From a virus (Duplodnaviria > Caudoviricetes), in IMG/VR virus record IMGVR_UViG_3300049173_000066, positions 1 through 37,949 of that record: a stretch of 37,949 nt of DNA; one strand, 5' to 3'. Position 1 is the stretch's first letter; each line of letters begins with the position of its first letter. Below are positions 27,319 through 35,621 of the stretch, piece after piece. The notes under the pieces were generated by a model, which saw only the letters and a list, made by a program, of their open reading frames with translations, made no database searches and was not told where the DNA came from. Made by a program: the position numbers and the translations under genes.

Positions 27319-28053
27319 TCAGGCCTTGTAGACGAACTGGGTGTTGGAGCCGGCGGGGATGTCGGCGGGGTCGAAGGCCACGGGCAGCTTGGAGGGGTCG
27401 ATCTGGCCGTGAACCATGAGCGGGGCGGCGACCTTGGTGGTGCCGGGGTAGAAGGACACCTCGGTGAAGAGGAAGCCGCGGAAGGTCTGGGTGCCGTCGG
27501 ACGCGGTGGCGGTGCCACCGGCGGTGGTGGTGGTCACGGTGACGGCGGGGCTGGTACCGCCGGTGAAGGATGCGGTGGCGGTCATCTGGGCGACGTTGTC
27601 ACCGAGGTACTGGCCGCCGAAGGTGACCGTGTAGGGGCCGCCCGCGTTGCCGGTGACGGCCATGTCGCCGGGGTTAACGTTCGACAGCGCCTCGAGGGCG
27701 GTCTGCACGGCGGCAGCGGTGGCGTTGTAGGCGATCGCCGCGGTGGTCTGCCCGCTGTAGGTGAGCGTGAACGTGCCGCCGGTCGGGCCGCCGGTGATGG
27801 TGACGGTCTGGACCTCGTTGGTGACGGCGGCGTACGGCTCGTACAGGCCGCTGGTGGCGTTCTTGCCGAGGGGAATGCCGGACTTCAGCTTCCGCTCGGG
27901 CTGGTACTTGGATGCCTCGGTCCAGTGCAGGTTCTCGTCGAACGCGGTGAGGTCGAGGGTGACGGACTCGTTGGCCTCGATGCCGAGCATGCTCATGAGC
28001 CACGGGCGGCCGACGGCCAGGGTTTCCGTGGTGGTGTACGGCTGGATGTCCAC
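27319..28053 (-). CDS. Head decoration protein with inserted beta-rich domain
   Basis: GTG 28053 after AAAGGGG; LKSGIPLG...GLYEPY and GFLFT...HGQID..KLP flank a Thr/Gly-rich insert. Confidence 0.75.
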   Translation of the reverse strand: MDIQPYTTTETLAVGRPWLMSMLGIEANESVTLDLTAFDENLHWTEASKYQPERKLKSGIPLGKNATSGLYEPYAAVTNEVQTVTITGGPTGGTFTLTYSGQTTAAIAYNATAAAVQTALEALSNVNPGDMAVTGNAGGPYTVTFGGQYLGDNVAQMTATASFTGGTSPAVTVTTTTAGGTATASDGTQTFRGFLFTEVSFYPGTTKVAAPLMVHGQIDPSKLPVAFDPADIPAGSNTQFVYKA

Positions 28054-28154
28054 GCCGTAGCCCCTTTCGCGGTATGCGAGTGGTGGTTCGGGCGCCCGTT
28101 GGGGGCCGTCCACGTGGGGTGAGGGCGTGGTCCCTGGTCTGTCGGCCGCCTTGG

Positions 28155-28895
28155 TCAGGCAGCGTCGTCTGCGGCCCTGAGACCCATGTCGATGGCGCGC
28201 TGCCGCGCTGCCTGGCGGACAGCGTCCTTGGCAGGGGCGGGGGTGCGCGGGGGCTGTCCGCCAGCCGGGGCGCCACCGGGTGCCGGGGGTGTGCTGCTCG
28301 GCGGAGGCGGCGGGGTGACCCCAAACAGCTCGGGCCGGCGCTCCTTCAGGGCCGCCGCCGCGTCCTGCACGGTGGCTTCGTCGGCGTCGTCCGCCACGCG
28401 CAGCAGCGCGGCCGCGTCGTCGAGGTCGTCGCCGGTGGCGCCGAGACCGACGAGGACAGCGCGGCGGTTGGCGTTCCGTTCCCGGGCGACGGCGGCCGCC
28501 TCACGGTCGGCGAGTTCCTGTTCCCGCTTGGCCAGGGCCTGCTCGCGCTTCTCCTGCTCGGACAGCTGCGCTTCGCGTGCCTGCCGGGCTTCCTCGATGA
28601 ACGCCTTCGCGTCCTCGACGTTGCTGAACCCGTGGTCGGCGGCGAACTTCTCCAGCGCGGCGCGGGCCCCGGCGCGCTCGCCCTGGGCCTTCTCCTTCGC
28701 GGCGAGGGAGTTGACCTCGTCCTGGGTGAAGGTCCGCGCGGGCGGCGGGCCGGGCTTCGGCGGGTCAGCGGCCGGAGGCGCGGCGGGATCCGGGTCACCG
28801 TCGGCGTAGAAGATGGCGGGGCTCGGGGCGTAGGGGTGCGACCAGCCGGGCGTGGCCGGGCCGGTGTGCGGGTGGTGCAGCGCGGGGCGGCGCAT
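28155..28895 (-). CDS. Capsid scaffolding protein
   Basis: ATG 28895 after GGAGG; RTFTQDEVN, coiled coil, RPELFG. Confidence 0.8.
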   Translation of the reverse strand: MRRPALHHPHTGPATPGWSHPYAPSPAIFYADGDPDPAAPPAADPPKPGPPPARTFTQDEVNSLAAKEKAQGERAGARAALEKFAADHGFSNVEDAKAFIEEARQAREAQLSEQEKREQALAKREQELADREAAAVARERNANRRAVLVGLGATGDDLDDAAALLRVADDADEATVQDAAAALKERRPELFGVTPPPPPSSTPPAPGGAPAGGQPPRTPAPAKDAVRQAARQRAIDMGLRAADDAA

Positions 28896-28924
28896 GTGGG
28901 CTGTTCCTCCCATGGGAGATCGTC

Positions 28925-28938
28925 CAGGCCCCGCGCCT
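28925..28938 (-). promoter_or_regulatory. Conserved upstream motif AGGCGCGGGGCCTG, copy before scaffold
   Basis: Identical 14-mer at 30890-30903 and 34221-34234. Confidence 0.7.
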
Positions 28939-28960
28939 GCGATCAACTGTGGCACGAATG

Positions 28961-30868
28961 TCATCCGATGTTGCCCCCGCTCTCCCCTGCCGGGTCGTTT
29001 CTGCTGGCCGGATCGTCGCCGTTCGCGACGGCCGGGTCCTGCTCGCCGGGCGCCGGTGGGAGCTGCGGCGCGGGCGGGGCAGGGTCGGGGTTGAGGTCCA
29101 GGCCGAGGAAGTCCCCCACGGCGCCGGTGTCGCCGGTCGCGTCGGCCAACGCCTTCGCCTTCTCGAACTGGCCGGACTGGATGCGCTTGACCTCCTCGGC
29201 CGCGTCGTCGATCGGGAATCCGGCCTCGACGAGCATGCGGATGCAGGTCTCGAGGGAGAGCACCTTGTCGACGCCGGTGGTGACCTGCTCGAGCACGGCG
29301 GCCTTGTCGGTGGGCGTGTACGGGCCGCGGACGAGCTTCGCAGGGAGGACGGGGAGCCCGACCCAGTCCGGGTGCTGTCCGGCCAGGTAGAGGCGCTGAG
29401 CGAACTTGAGGAGCAGGGCGTCCTTGTGGTCGCGGGCGAGGCGCATGCCGCCGATGAGGGAGTCCAGCGGGCCCAAGCTGAGCTGGAGTGCGTACCCGGA
29501 GGGGACCTTGGACGGGTCCATGGTGCCGAGGGCGACGGCGGGGAGGCGGGCGGTGTTCGCCGCCCGGTCCTTCAGGTCGTGGACGTGGTTGCGTAGCTCG
29601 GCGAGCGCGCTGGAGGTGTCGACGTGGGTGAGCCGGCCGTTCTCGCCGAGGGTGAAGAGGGCGCCGGGGGCGACCTGGTATTCGCGGCGGGGGTCGGTGA
29701 CGCCGCTGATGGCGATGATGGGTGATCCGGTGGTGGCGGATGCGCGCGCGGAGTCGGTGTCGGACCCGGCCAGTTCGTCGAAGACCTGCAAGACCTTGGC
29801 CAGGCTGCTCTGCCCCCAGTGCTCCTCGGCGGGCGGCACGGTGTTGGGCTGGTGGACCACCGGTACGAAGTCGAGCATCAGGTCGAGGTGGTCCAGGACC
29901 TCGCCGTCGGACCGGGTCGCGAACGTCGCCAGATCGAGCGGCAGGGAATCGACGTCCACGGGCCCCTTGAGGTCGCCGATCTGCCAGGTGGCATCGGTGA
30001 GGTAGCAGGTGACGTAGGAGGGGACGTCGTTCCAGGCGTACATGCGGGAGATGGCGCCCGACTCGGGGTTGAGGGTGTCGCCGGGGGTGAGCGGCGGCGG
30101 GGGCACCTCGGCCTCGTCGGCGCCTTCCGGGAGCGGCGCGGGGAGGGGCGCCCGGACCGCGCGGCCGTTCTTGTCGACGCCGGGCGCGGTGGCCGGGCGG
30201 ATCCAGTCCAGCTCGTAGGTGATGCGCCGCAGCCGCGCCTTCAGACCGCGCTTGGGGTCCTCGGGGAGTTCCCACGCGAAGTGCACGCGCGTCGGGTACT
30301 CCCCCGCATCACCGTCCTCGGGCAGCACCGGGAAGTAGAAGCCCGGGTCGGTGACGCGCAGCGTGGGCCGGTTCTTCGACGGCTCCCACGCCAGCCGGTA
30401 CACCCCGTCCCCCAGCGCGACAGCTTTCCGCTCGCACTGCTGCTGACGCATCGGCAGCTGCTCGGCCTCCGCCCAATCGCGCAGCAGCTCCTGCACGCGG
30501 GCCGCGGTCGCCGCCTCCGGATCGGGATCGCCGTCGTCGGTGTCGTCCTCAGCGCCCGGCACGGTGATGTGCTGCTCGCGGCCGAGGACGTGGGCGACGA
30601 GCGTGTCGACGAACATGCTGGGGTCGCCGTACTCGCGCTTGTCGCGGGCGTGGATGTCGCCGCCGACTGCGGCCAACTCGGCGGCCTGGTTCTGGTCGTA
30701 CGCGGCGAGCAGCTTGTACGCGGCGAGGCGCCGCTCATCCTCCGCGGGCACCCACATGGCGACCGACTCAGGGAACGCGCGCCGATTCGGCATACCGAGG
30801 GAGTCGCTGTACACCGGCTTGTAGTTCAGCCACGACCAGGCGTGGATGACGACGCTGCGCAGGCTCAC
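28961..30868 (-). CDS. Portal protein
   Basis: 635 aa after terminase; LGDGVYRLAW, FVPVVHQPN...WGQSSL, SGYAL motifs. Confidence 0.88.
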   Translation of the reverse strand: MSLRSVVIHAWSWLNYKPVYSDSLGMPNRRAFPESVAMWVPAEDERRLAAYKLLAAYDQNQAAELAAVGGDIHARDKREYGDPSMFVDTLVAHVLGREQHITVPGAEDDTDDGDPDPEAATAARVQELLRDWAEAEQLPMRQQQCERKAVALGDGVYRLAWEPSKNRPTLRVTDPGFYFPVLPEDGDAGEYPTRVHFAWELPEDPKRGLKARLRRITYELDWIRPATAPGVDKNGRAVRAPLPAPLPEGADEAEVPPPPLTPGDTLNPESGAISRMYAWNDVPSYVTCYLTDATWQIGDLKGPVDVDSLPLDLATFATRSDGEVLDHLDLMLDFVPVVHQPNTVPPAEEHWGQSSLAKVLQVFDELAGSDTDSARASATTGSPIIAISGVTDPRREYQVAPGALFTLGENGRLTHVDTSSALAELRNHVHDLKDRAANTARLPAVALGTMDPSKVPSGYALQLSLGPLDSLIGGMRLARDHKDALLLKFAQRLYLAGQHPDWVGLPVLPAKLVRGPYTPTDKAAVLEQVTTGVDKVLSLETCIRMLVEAGFPIDDAAEEVKRIQSGQFEKAKALADATGDTGAVGDFLGLDLNPDPAPPAPQLPPAPGEQDPAVANGDDPASRNDPAGESGGNIG

Positions 30869-30889
30869 CCGATACTCCCGTTCCCGGTC

Positions 30890-30903
30890 CAGGCCCCGCG
30901 CCT
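30890..30903 (-). promoter_or_regulatory. Conserved upstream motif AGGCGCGGGGCCTG, copy before portal
   Basis: 21 nt upstream of portal GTG; preceded by TACCCT -10-like hexamer. Confidence 0.7.
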
Positions 30904-30946
30904 ATCGATCAGGGTACGGGCGCGGGGGCCGAGAGTTCCCCCCGGG

Positions 30947-33601
30947 CTACCTGCGACCGGACAGCCTGTGGTCGGCGTACGAGCTGCTGCCGGTAGCCGC
31001 CGCGCCCGGGTTGGCCAGCTCTGTCAGGGCGTGTACGGCGGCGTCCATCCGGTCGGGGCTGTTGAGCCCGGGGACCCAGGTGACCATCTGCGTCTCCAGG
31101 CGCGGAAACTCGCCGAGATGGTGAACGAGGCCCTGGGCGTAGAGCTGCGCAATCGGTTCGGCGCGGAGCTGCTTCCCTCGCTTGGCGTTCACCTCGATGA
31201 TGGCGGGCATCAGCATGCCTTTGACCTCGCCGGAACGCTCGAGGTCGCGCCACGCCTGCCGAATGATCTGCGCTGCCTGGTCGCCGCCGAAGTTGTCCTC
31301 CACGACGAACGCGTCAGCCTGGAGTTCGATCGCGAGGCGACAGGCTTCGTGGCCCCAGGTATCGGCGCCCATGTTCGCGGAGCGGTCCGCGAGGACGTAG
31401 AACTCGCCGTTGCTGGTCCGGCCTGCGCCGCATAGGCCGGTCTCGTCGTGGCCAGCGCCTTCACCGCCAGCCTGGTCGACGGCGACGACGATGCGGGACA
31501 GGTCGACACCCCGGAACGCGACCGGGCTGATGCGGTTCTTGCTGATCCAGTCCCATTGCCAGACGCCGCCTTCGAGGGGGCGGGGCTGCTGCTGGTAGAG
31601 GGACCACCAGACACGTTCGCCGACGCCCTTCCGGATGCGCTCCAGGTCGGGGATTGCGTACCGCTCGGGCCACAGAGCCTGCCCGGGGGGCCGGTCGAGC
31701 GGGTCGTCCTCGGACATGGCGATAGCCGGGAGGTCGAGCACTGTCCACTCGGAGCCTTCGGTCTCCAGGAGGCGCCCGGACAGGTCGTCTGGGTTCCATC
31801 TGGTGTTGATGACCACCAGGGAGCCGTTGGGCTCCAGTCGGGTGAGGGCGACGGACTGCCACCAGTCCCAGACGCGATCGCGCTGCGTCTGGGACTCGGC
31901 GTCTTCGGAGCCCTTGAAGGGGTCGTCGACGATCAGGCAGTTGTGGACGAGTACGTCTCCAGCAAAGAAGTTGCTGTTGCCTTCCACTTGGAGGTCATGG
32001 ACTCGGACGCCTGGAGCGTGTACTCGGCGAACCACGGATACGGAGTCACCGTGGACTTGTGGTGCACGGCGTGGCAGGTGTAGCAGATCAGGATCAGGTT
32101 CTCGACGCGGTTGTTCGCCGGGTTCTCGTCCAGGTGATGCACGATCAAGTTCGATCGCTGCGCGGGCAGGCCGTTGCGCATGAACTTGATCGGCTTGAAC
32201 GGTGCCGTGCAGGCGGCGCAGGCGTCCTTGTCCCGCTCGAATATCAGGGGACGGGATTCCTTGAACCACTTGCTGTAGCTGGTGCCGTCCTTGTAGTGGG
32301 AGTTTCCCCAGCCAAGCATGCGGATCGAGTGCGCCTGGTCGGCGCACGGGCGAGAGCAGTACACCGTCCGACTGGTCTTGGGTCGGAAGAACAGCCCGCA
32401 CATCGTGCACGCCTTCTCCGGATGATTCCGCGAGTTGATTCGACATTGCACCGAGCAGAACTTGCGGGTGGATCGGCCGGGCATCGGTACGTCGCAGTGA
32501 TCGCACTTCTTGGCGTTCTTGATTGCATGATGTGCCTGCGAGTGCGGCTTGCAGCAGTAGAAGGAGAAGTGTCCACGCCGAAGGGCCTTGTTGTACTCGT
32601 ACCGGGGTTTCAGAAACTCCTCGTTGCACCAGAGGCACCGCAGCAGAATCTTGACCGAGCGAACCTTCATGTAGCACTCGCGGTGTGCCTGACCGCGCCC
32701 CTGATTGCCCTTCGGCTTGTTGCAGAGGATGCACGTTGCGTTCAGTCGTGACGGCTTGTACGAGAAGCCGGTCTCCGGGGCGTAGAGCAGCGGCCGGTGT
32801 GTAACCGGGTCCATCGGCATAGAAGGGGTGATCTCGGGTAGCCCGTACTCGATTCCCACCAGCGGTAACGATTTCACAGAGTCCATCGGCGCGTGTTGTC
32901 CTTGTCGCCAGGATCCGGCGCCATTCCGGGCGTCCGGTCGCATGATTGAACGACAGAACGCGTGGCTTTTCTTTCATTTGCACGAGTTCCGATATGGCGA
33001 TTCTACCGATTTCTGTGGTCACAAGGGTCTCGTCCGGGAAACAGTTCGCCCCTTTTCCCGTGAGTCCTCCACCGACACCGGCAGTGACCATTCCGCCTTC
33101 GTGTCCGGCAATATCAAATCTGTTGGCCGCATGCGATGCGGGGTTGAGTGATATTCCGAGCGCTTCGGAGTATCCGGTGATGGTGTCGCGGATCCACCGT
33201 CCGTGGTCGTCGGCCAGCGTGGCACTGTATGAGGCGAGCATCAGACGGTGGTCCGGGTTGCGCCGGAGATACCAGACGGGTGCCCAGCGCGATGCCCGGC
33301 GGCTCTTTCCATGGCGCGGCGGCATCGTGAGCATGACCTTGACCCGCTCGCCGTTGGCGATGCGCTGGAACGCCTGGTCTACGAGGTCGAGATGCGGGGC
33401 CTGCATCTCCTTGCCGTTGGTCAGGACCGCGGCGAGCGCGCCCGGGGACCGGTCCATGGCCATCTGGCGTTCGATGCGGGCAAGGCGAAGCCGGAGTTCC
33501 GGGGAGGCGTGGTGGGCTACTCGGCGGCGCTCGGCGACGGTAAGGGACCGGTACTGGGCGAGTAGCACGTCCTCGAGGAGGTCATCCGTCGAGAGCGTCA
33601 C
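30947..33601 (-). CDS. terL: Terminase large subunit precursor with intein (884 aa; about 516 aa spliced)
   Basis: Walker A MPPRHGKS, Walker B LIVDD, TRW motif, nuclease VAVDQA and SPDRMDA; GTG 33601 overlaps terS end. Confidence 0.93.
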   Translation of the reverse strand: MTLSTDDLLEDVLLAQYRSLTVAERRRVAHHASPELRLRLARIERQMAMDRSPGALAAVLTNGKEMQAPHLDLVDQAFQRIANGERVKVMLTMPPRHGKSRRASRWAPVWYLRRNPDHRLMLASYSATLADDHGRWIRDTITGYSEALGISLNPASHAANRFDIAGHEGGMVTAGVGGGLTGKGANCFPDETLVTTEIGRIAISELVQMKEKPRVLSFNHATGRPEWRRILATRTTRADGLCEIVTAGGNRVRATRDHPFYADGPGYTPAAALRPGDRLLVQAVTTERNVHPLQQAEGQSGARSGTPRVLHEGSLGQDSAAVPLVQRGVSETPVRVQQGPSAWTLLLLLLQAALAGTSCNQERQEVRSLRRTDARPIHPQVLLGAMSNQLAESSGEGVHDVRAVLPTQDQSDGVLLSPVRRPGALDPHAWLGKLPLQGRHQLQQVVQGIPSPDIRAGQGRLRRLHGTVQADQVHAQRPARAAIELDRASPGREPGEQPRREPDPDLLHLPRRAPQVHGDSVSVVRRVHAPGVRVHDLQVEGNSNFFAGDVLVHNCLIVDDPFKGSEDAESQTQRDRVWDWWQSVALTRLEPNGSLVVINTRWNPDDLSGRLLETEGSEWTVLDLPAIAMSEDDPLDRPPGQALWPERYAIPDLERIRKGVGERVWWSLYQQQPRPLEGGVWQWDWISKNRISPVAFRGVDLSRIVVAVDQAGGEGAGHDETGLCGAGRTSNGEFYVLADRSANMGADTWGHEACRLAIELQADAFVVEDNFGGDQAAQIIRQAWRDLERSGEVKGMLMPAIIEVNAKRGKQLRAEPIAQLYAQGLVHHLGEFPRLETQMVTWVPGLNSPDRMDAAVHALTELANPGAAATGSSSYADHRLSGRR
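31933..32943 (-). CDS. Zinc-finger-repeat HNH endonuclease in +1 frame inside the intein (start uncertain: 32943, 32886, 32820 or 32814)
   Basis: Repeated CxxC...FCSxxC units; IFERDKDACAAC...VHHLDENPANNRVENLILICYTCHAVHH; GC3 bias favours this frame in the intein interior. Confidence 0.88.
   Translation of the reverse strand: MRPDARNGAGSWRQGQHAPMDSVKSLPLVGIEYGLPEITPSMPMDPVTHRPLLYAPETGFSYKPSRLNATCILCNKPKGNQGRGQAHRECYMKVRSVKILLRCLWCNEEFLKPRYEYNKALRRGHFSFYCCKPHSQAHHAIKNAKKCDHCDVPMPGRSTRKFCSVQCRINSRNHPEKACTMCGLFFRPKTSRTVYCSRPCADQAHSIRMLGWGNSHYKDGTSYSKWFKESRPLIFERDKDACAACTAPFKPIKFMRNGLPAQRSNLIVHHLDENPANNRVENLILICYTCHAVHHKSTVTPYPWFAEYTLQASESMTSKWKATATSLLETYSSTTA
31940..33043 (-). mobile_element. 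Intein (368 aa) inserted just before TerL Walker B
   Basis: Block A CFPDETLV, block B ATRDHPFY, block F VHDLQVEGNSNFFA, block G VLVHN followed by Cys+1. Confidence 0.93.
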
Positions 33602-34187
33602 CCGCGGGCTCCTGGTCCTGCTGGTTCGACTCGGGACCGGTCTGTCCGGCGATGTCGATGAGCGTGTTGAGTTCGGCGAGCGCACCGGTGCCGAGGGGGA
33701 CGGCGCCGCCGTCGGGGCCCGAAACTTCAGCCTTGACGGGCATTTCGAGGCCGTTGAGTTTGGCGCGGCGTTCGCCGTTGCGGCGGCGTGCGTCTTCGAT
33801 TTTGACGAGGCGGTCGATGGCTTGGAGGACGGGTGCGTCGTCTTCCATGGGCTGGTCGGTGTCGGGGTGCAGGATGACGCGGCCGTTGTTGACCATGATG
33901 TGGCGGTTGCGGAGCACGGTGCGGGCGGCGGCTTCCAGATCCTCAAGGCGGCAGAGTTCGTCGTCGAGGCGTTCGTTCTCTTGCTGCCGGTAGATGCTGA
34001 CTTCGGCGGCTTCTTCGTCGCGGTGCTGTTCGAGGGCGCGGTGGAGGTCTCTGCGTGCGCTGCCGGGGTCGGTGTAGCCGAGGGAGAGGATCCGTTCGTC
34101 GTCGTACCGGATGCCTTGACGGCGCAGTTTGAGGAGCTGGGTGCGGCGGACGGCGACTTGGTCGAGCTTGAGTTTGGAGTGGGCCAT
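33582..34187 (-). CDS. terS: Terminase small subunit
   Basis: HTH-like N-terminus (LRRQGIRY...LGY), AIDRLVKIEDARRR..LNGL, EVSGPDGG; upstream of terL. Confidence 0.8.
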   Translation of the reverse strand: MAHSKLKLDQVAVRRTQLLKLRRQGIRYDDERILSLGYTDPGSARRDLHRALEQHRDEEAAEVSIYRQQENERLDDELCRLEDLEAAARTVLRNRHIMVNNGRVILHPDTDQPMEDDAPVLQAIDRLVKIEDARRRNGERRAKLNGLEMPVKAEVSGPDGGAVPLGTGALAELNTLIDIAGQTGPESNQQDQEPAGDALDG

Positions 34188-34220
34188 TGCGGTGGGGCTC
34201 CCGCGTGTGTGGTTGTTGGT

Positions 34221-34234
34221 CAGGCCCCGCGCCT
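34221..34234 (-). promoter_or_regulatory. Conserved upstream motif AGGCGCGGGGCCTG, copy before terS
   Basis: 33 nt upstream of terS ATG. Confidence 0.7.
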
Positions 34235-34488
34235 ACAACCGATGATCGGGCATTTCGGCTGTTCCGTTCCCCTGGGGCGGGCGACGGCATGATTCGGCCC
34301 CGCGGTCCGGGGGGTGTCGGATCGCGGGGCCGGGTGCCCGGGGCGGGGGGATTGCCCTGGGCGGTCTGTGTGTGCGGCCGCCGGCTCGGCGCGGGGACAC
34401 TAAGCCGGTGGCCGCACATCTCTGATGGTGGGGCAGGTTCGCCGATTCATTGCCCCGGGTCCGGTCGGGGGCCGGTGCGTGCGGCGGG

Positions 34489-35139
34489 TTACGCCCAGGG
34501 TGGGGGCCCGCCGGCCGACCATGCGGCCAGGCGCTCGCCGTCGACCAGGCGGATGCCGACCTCGGGTGCGCTGGCGAACTCGCGCGCGGACCGGGTGAAG
34601 CGGGACGTGGTGACGATGACGGCGGCGTGGGCGTGGTGCCAGGCCCGGTAGGTGCCGTTCAGCTCGTACACGACACCGGCTGGCACGGGACGGTCGGGGG
34701 CGTAGCGCTTGCATTGGATGACGATGCGGTGGCCGTCGTGGAGGTGGACGAGGACGTCGGAGACGCGGTCGTCGGCTCCGCCTTGGCGTACGGCGCTGCG
34801 CACGTGAGGGTCGCGGCGGGCGAGCTGGGCGATGGCGTGCTCGAAGTCGTCGGCCTTGAGGGCGAGGTACGCGGCCAGGTCGCGTCCACCAGCGCGGCGG
34901 GGGCGGGGCAGGGTGACGAGGAGCCGGGTGCGGGTGTGGGGGTTGAGGCGGCCGAGGAGGACCGCGGCCGCGACACCGGCGAGGGCGAGCGCGGTGGCGA
35001 TGACCGCGACCTGGATGGGCCAGATGACGGCGGCGACGGTCGCGGCCGCCCACCATCCCCAGTGGACGGCGGATAAGCGGGCCTTGATGCCGCGACGCCG
35101 GGGGCGGCGCCGGGGAGGGCGTCGGGCGGCGGTCGTCAT
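34489..35139 (-). CDS. Membrane-anchored Mrr-family restriction endonuclease
   Basis: Two N-terminal TM segments; FEHAIAQL...DDRVSDV...IQCKRY, VTTSRFT, LVDGERL; ATG overlaps upstream TGA. Confidence 0.85.
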   Translation of the reverse strand: MTTAARRPPRRRPRRRGIKARLSAVHWGWWAAATVAAVIWPIQVAVIATALALAGVAAAVLLGRLNPHTRTRLLVTLPRPRRAGGRDLAAYLALKADDFEHAIAQLARRDPHVRSAVRQGGADDRVSDVLVHLHDGHRIVIQCKRYAPDRPVPAGVVYELNGTYRAWHHAHAAVIVTTSRFTRSAREFASAPEVGIRLVDGERLAAWSAGGPPPWA

Positions 35140-35540
35140 GCGTCGCTCCCGGAGGTGGTGAGGACGCGGGGCAGGTGGGCGTGCAGGTGCTCGATCTCGA
35201 CGTCGCGGTGCAGCCCGCGTAACCGGTGGCCGAGGATTTCGGTGAGGCTGCATGCGCGGTGACGTCCGCCGGCGCAGCCGATCGCGATGGTCTGGGGTCC
35301 GGCGGGGAGGAGGGCGTAGGCGGTGAGGTTGTCGAGGAGTTCGGGGGCGCCCGGGGTGTTGAGGACGACCTGTTGGACGCGTGGGTGGAAGCCGTTGAGG
35401 TCGAGGATGTCGCGGGCTGCGGCGGGGTCGCGGAGCCGGTGGCGGACGTCTTCGATGCGGTCGGCGGCGGGCGGTACGGGCTGGCCGTGCTGGTCGGTGG
35501 GGCAGTGGAGGTAGCCGAAGGAGATCAGACGGAGCGGCAT
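35136..35540 (-). CDS. Stand-alone RapZ C-terminal-domain protein
   Basis: LISFGYLH, DVRHRLRDP, IAIGCAGGRHR, VEIEH. Confidence 0.82.
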   Translation of the reverse strand: MPLRLISFGYLHCPTDQHGQPVPPAADRIEDVRHRLRDPAAARDILDLNGFHPRVQQVVLNTPGAPELLDNLTAYALLPAGPQTIAIGCAGGRHRACSLTEILGHRLRGLHRDVEIEHLHAHLPRVLTTSGSDA

Positions 35541-35580
35541 GGCGAGCCTTTCCGTGGTCGGAGTGACTTGGGTGAGTGGT

Positions 35581-35614
35581 GCCGGGCGGGCCTGTTTCGG
35601 GTAGCCCGCCCGGC
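35581..35614 (-). terminator. Hairpin after traB-like gene
   Basis: 11-bp stem GCCGGGCGGGC / GCCCGCCCGGC just downstream of the stop. Confidence 0.6.
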
Positions 35615-35621
35615 GCTGGGG

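Noticed and set aside
28896-30275. N-terminal extension of the scaffold ORF (706 aa), and similar extensions of terL, MuF-like and tail ORFs
   Set aside because: They overlap real upstream genes; downstream starts have SD sequences or stop-start coupling
33053-33059. GGGAAAA slippery heptamer just before the intein as the route into the HNH frame
   Set aside because: The -1 frame stops at TAG 33003-33005, and the HNH (+1) frame has TGA at 33019-33021, so neither shift reaches the HNH
35541-35621. TraB clt locus (8-bp direct repeats) downstream of traB
   Set aside because: Only a single hairpin seen; no convincing 8-bp repeat array by eye
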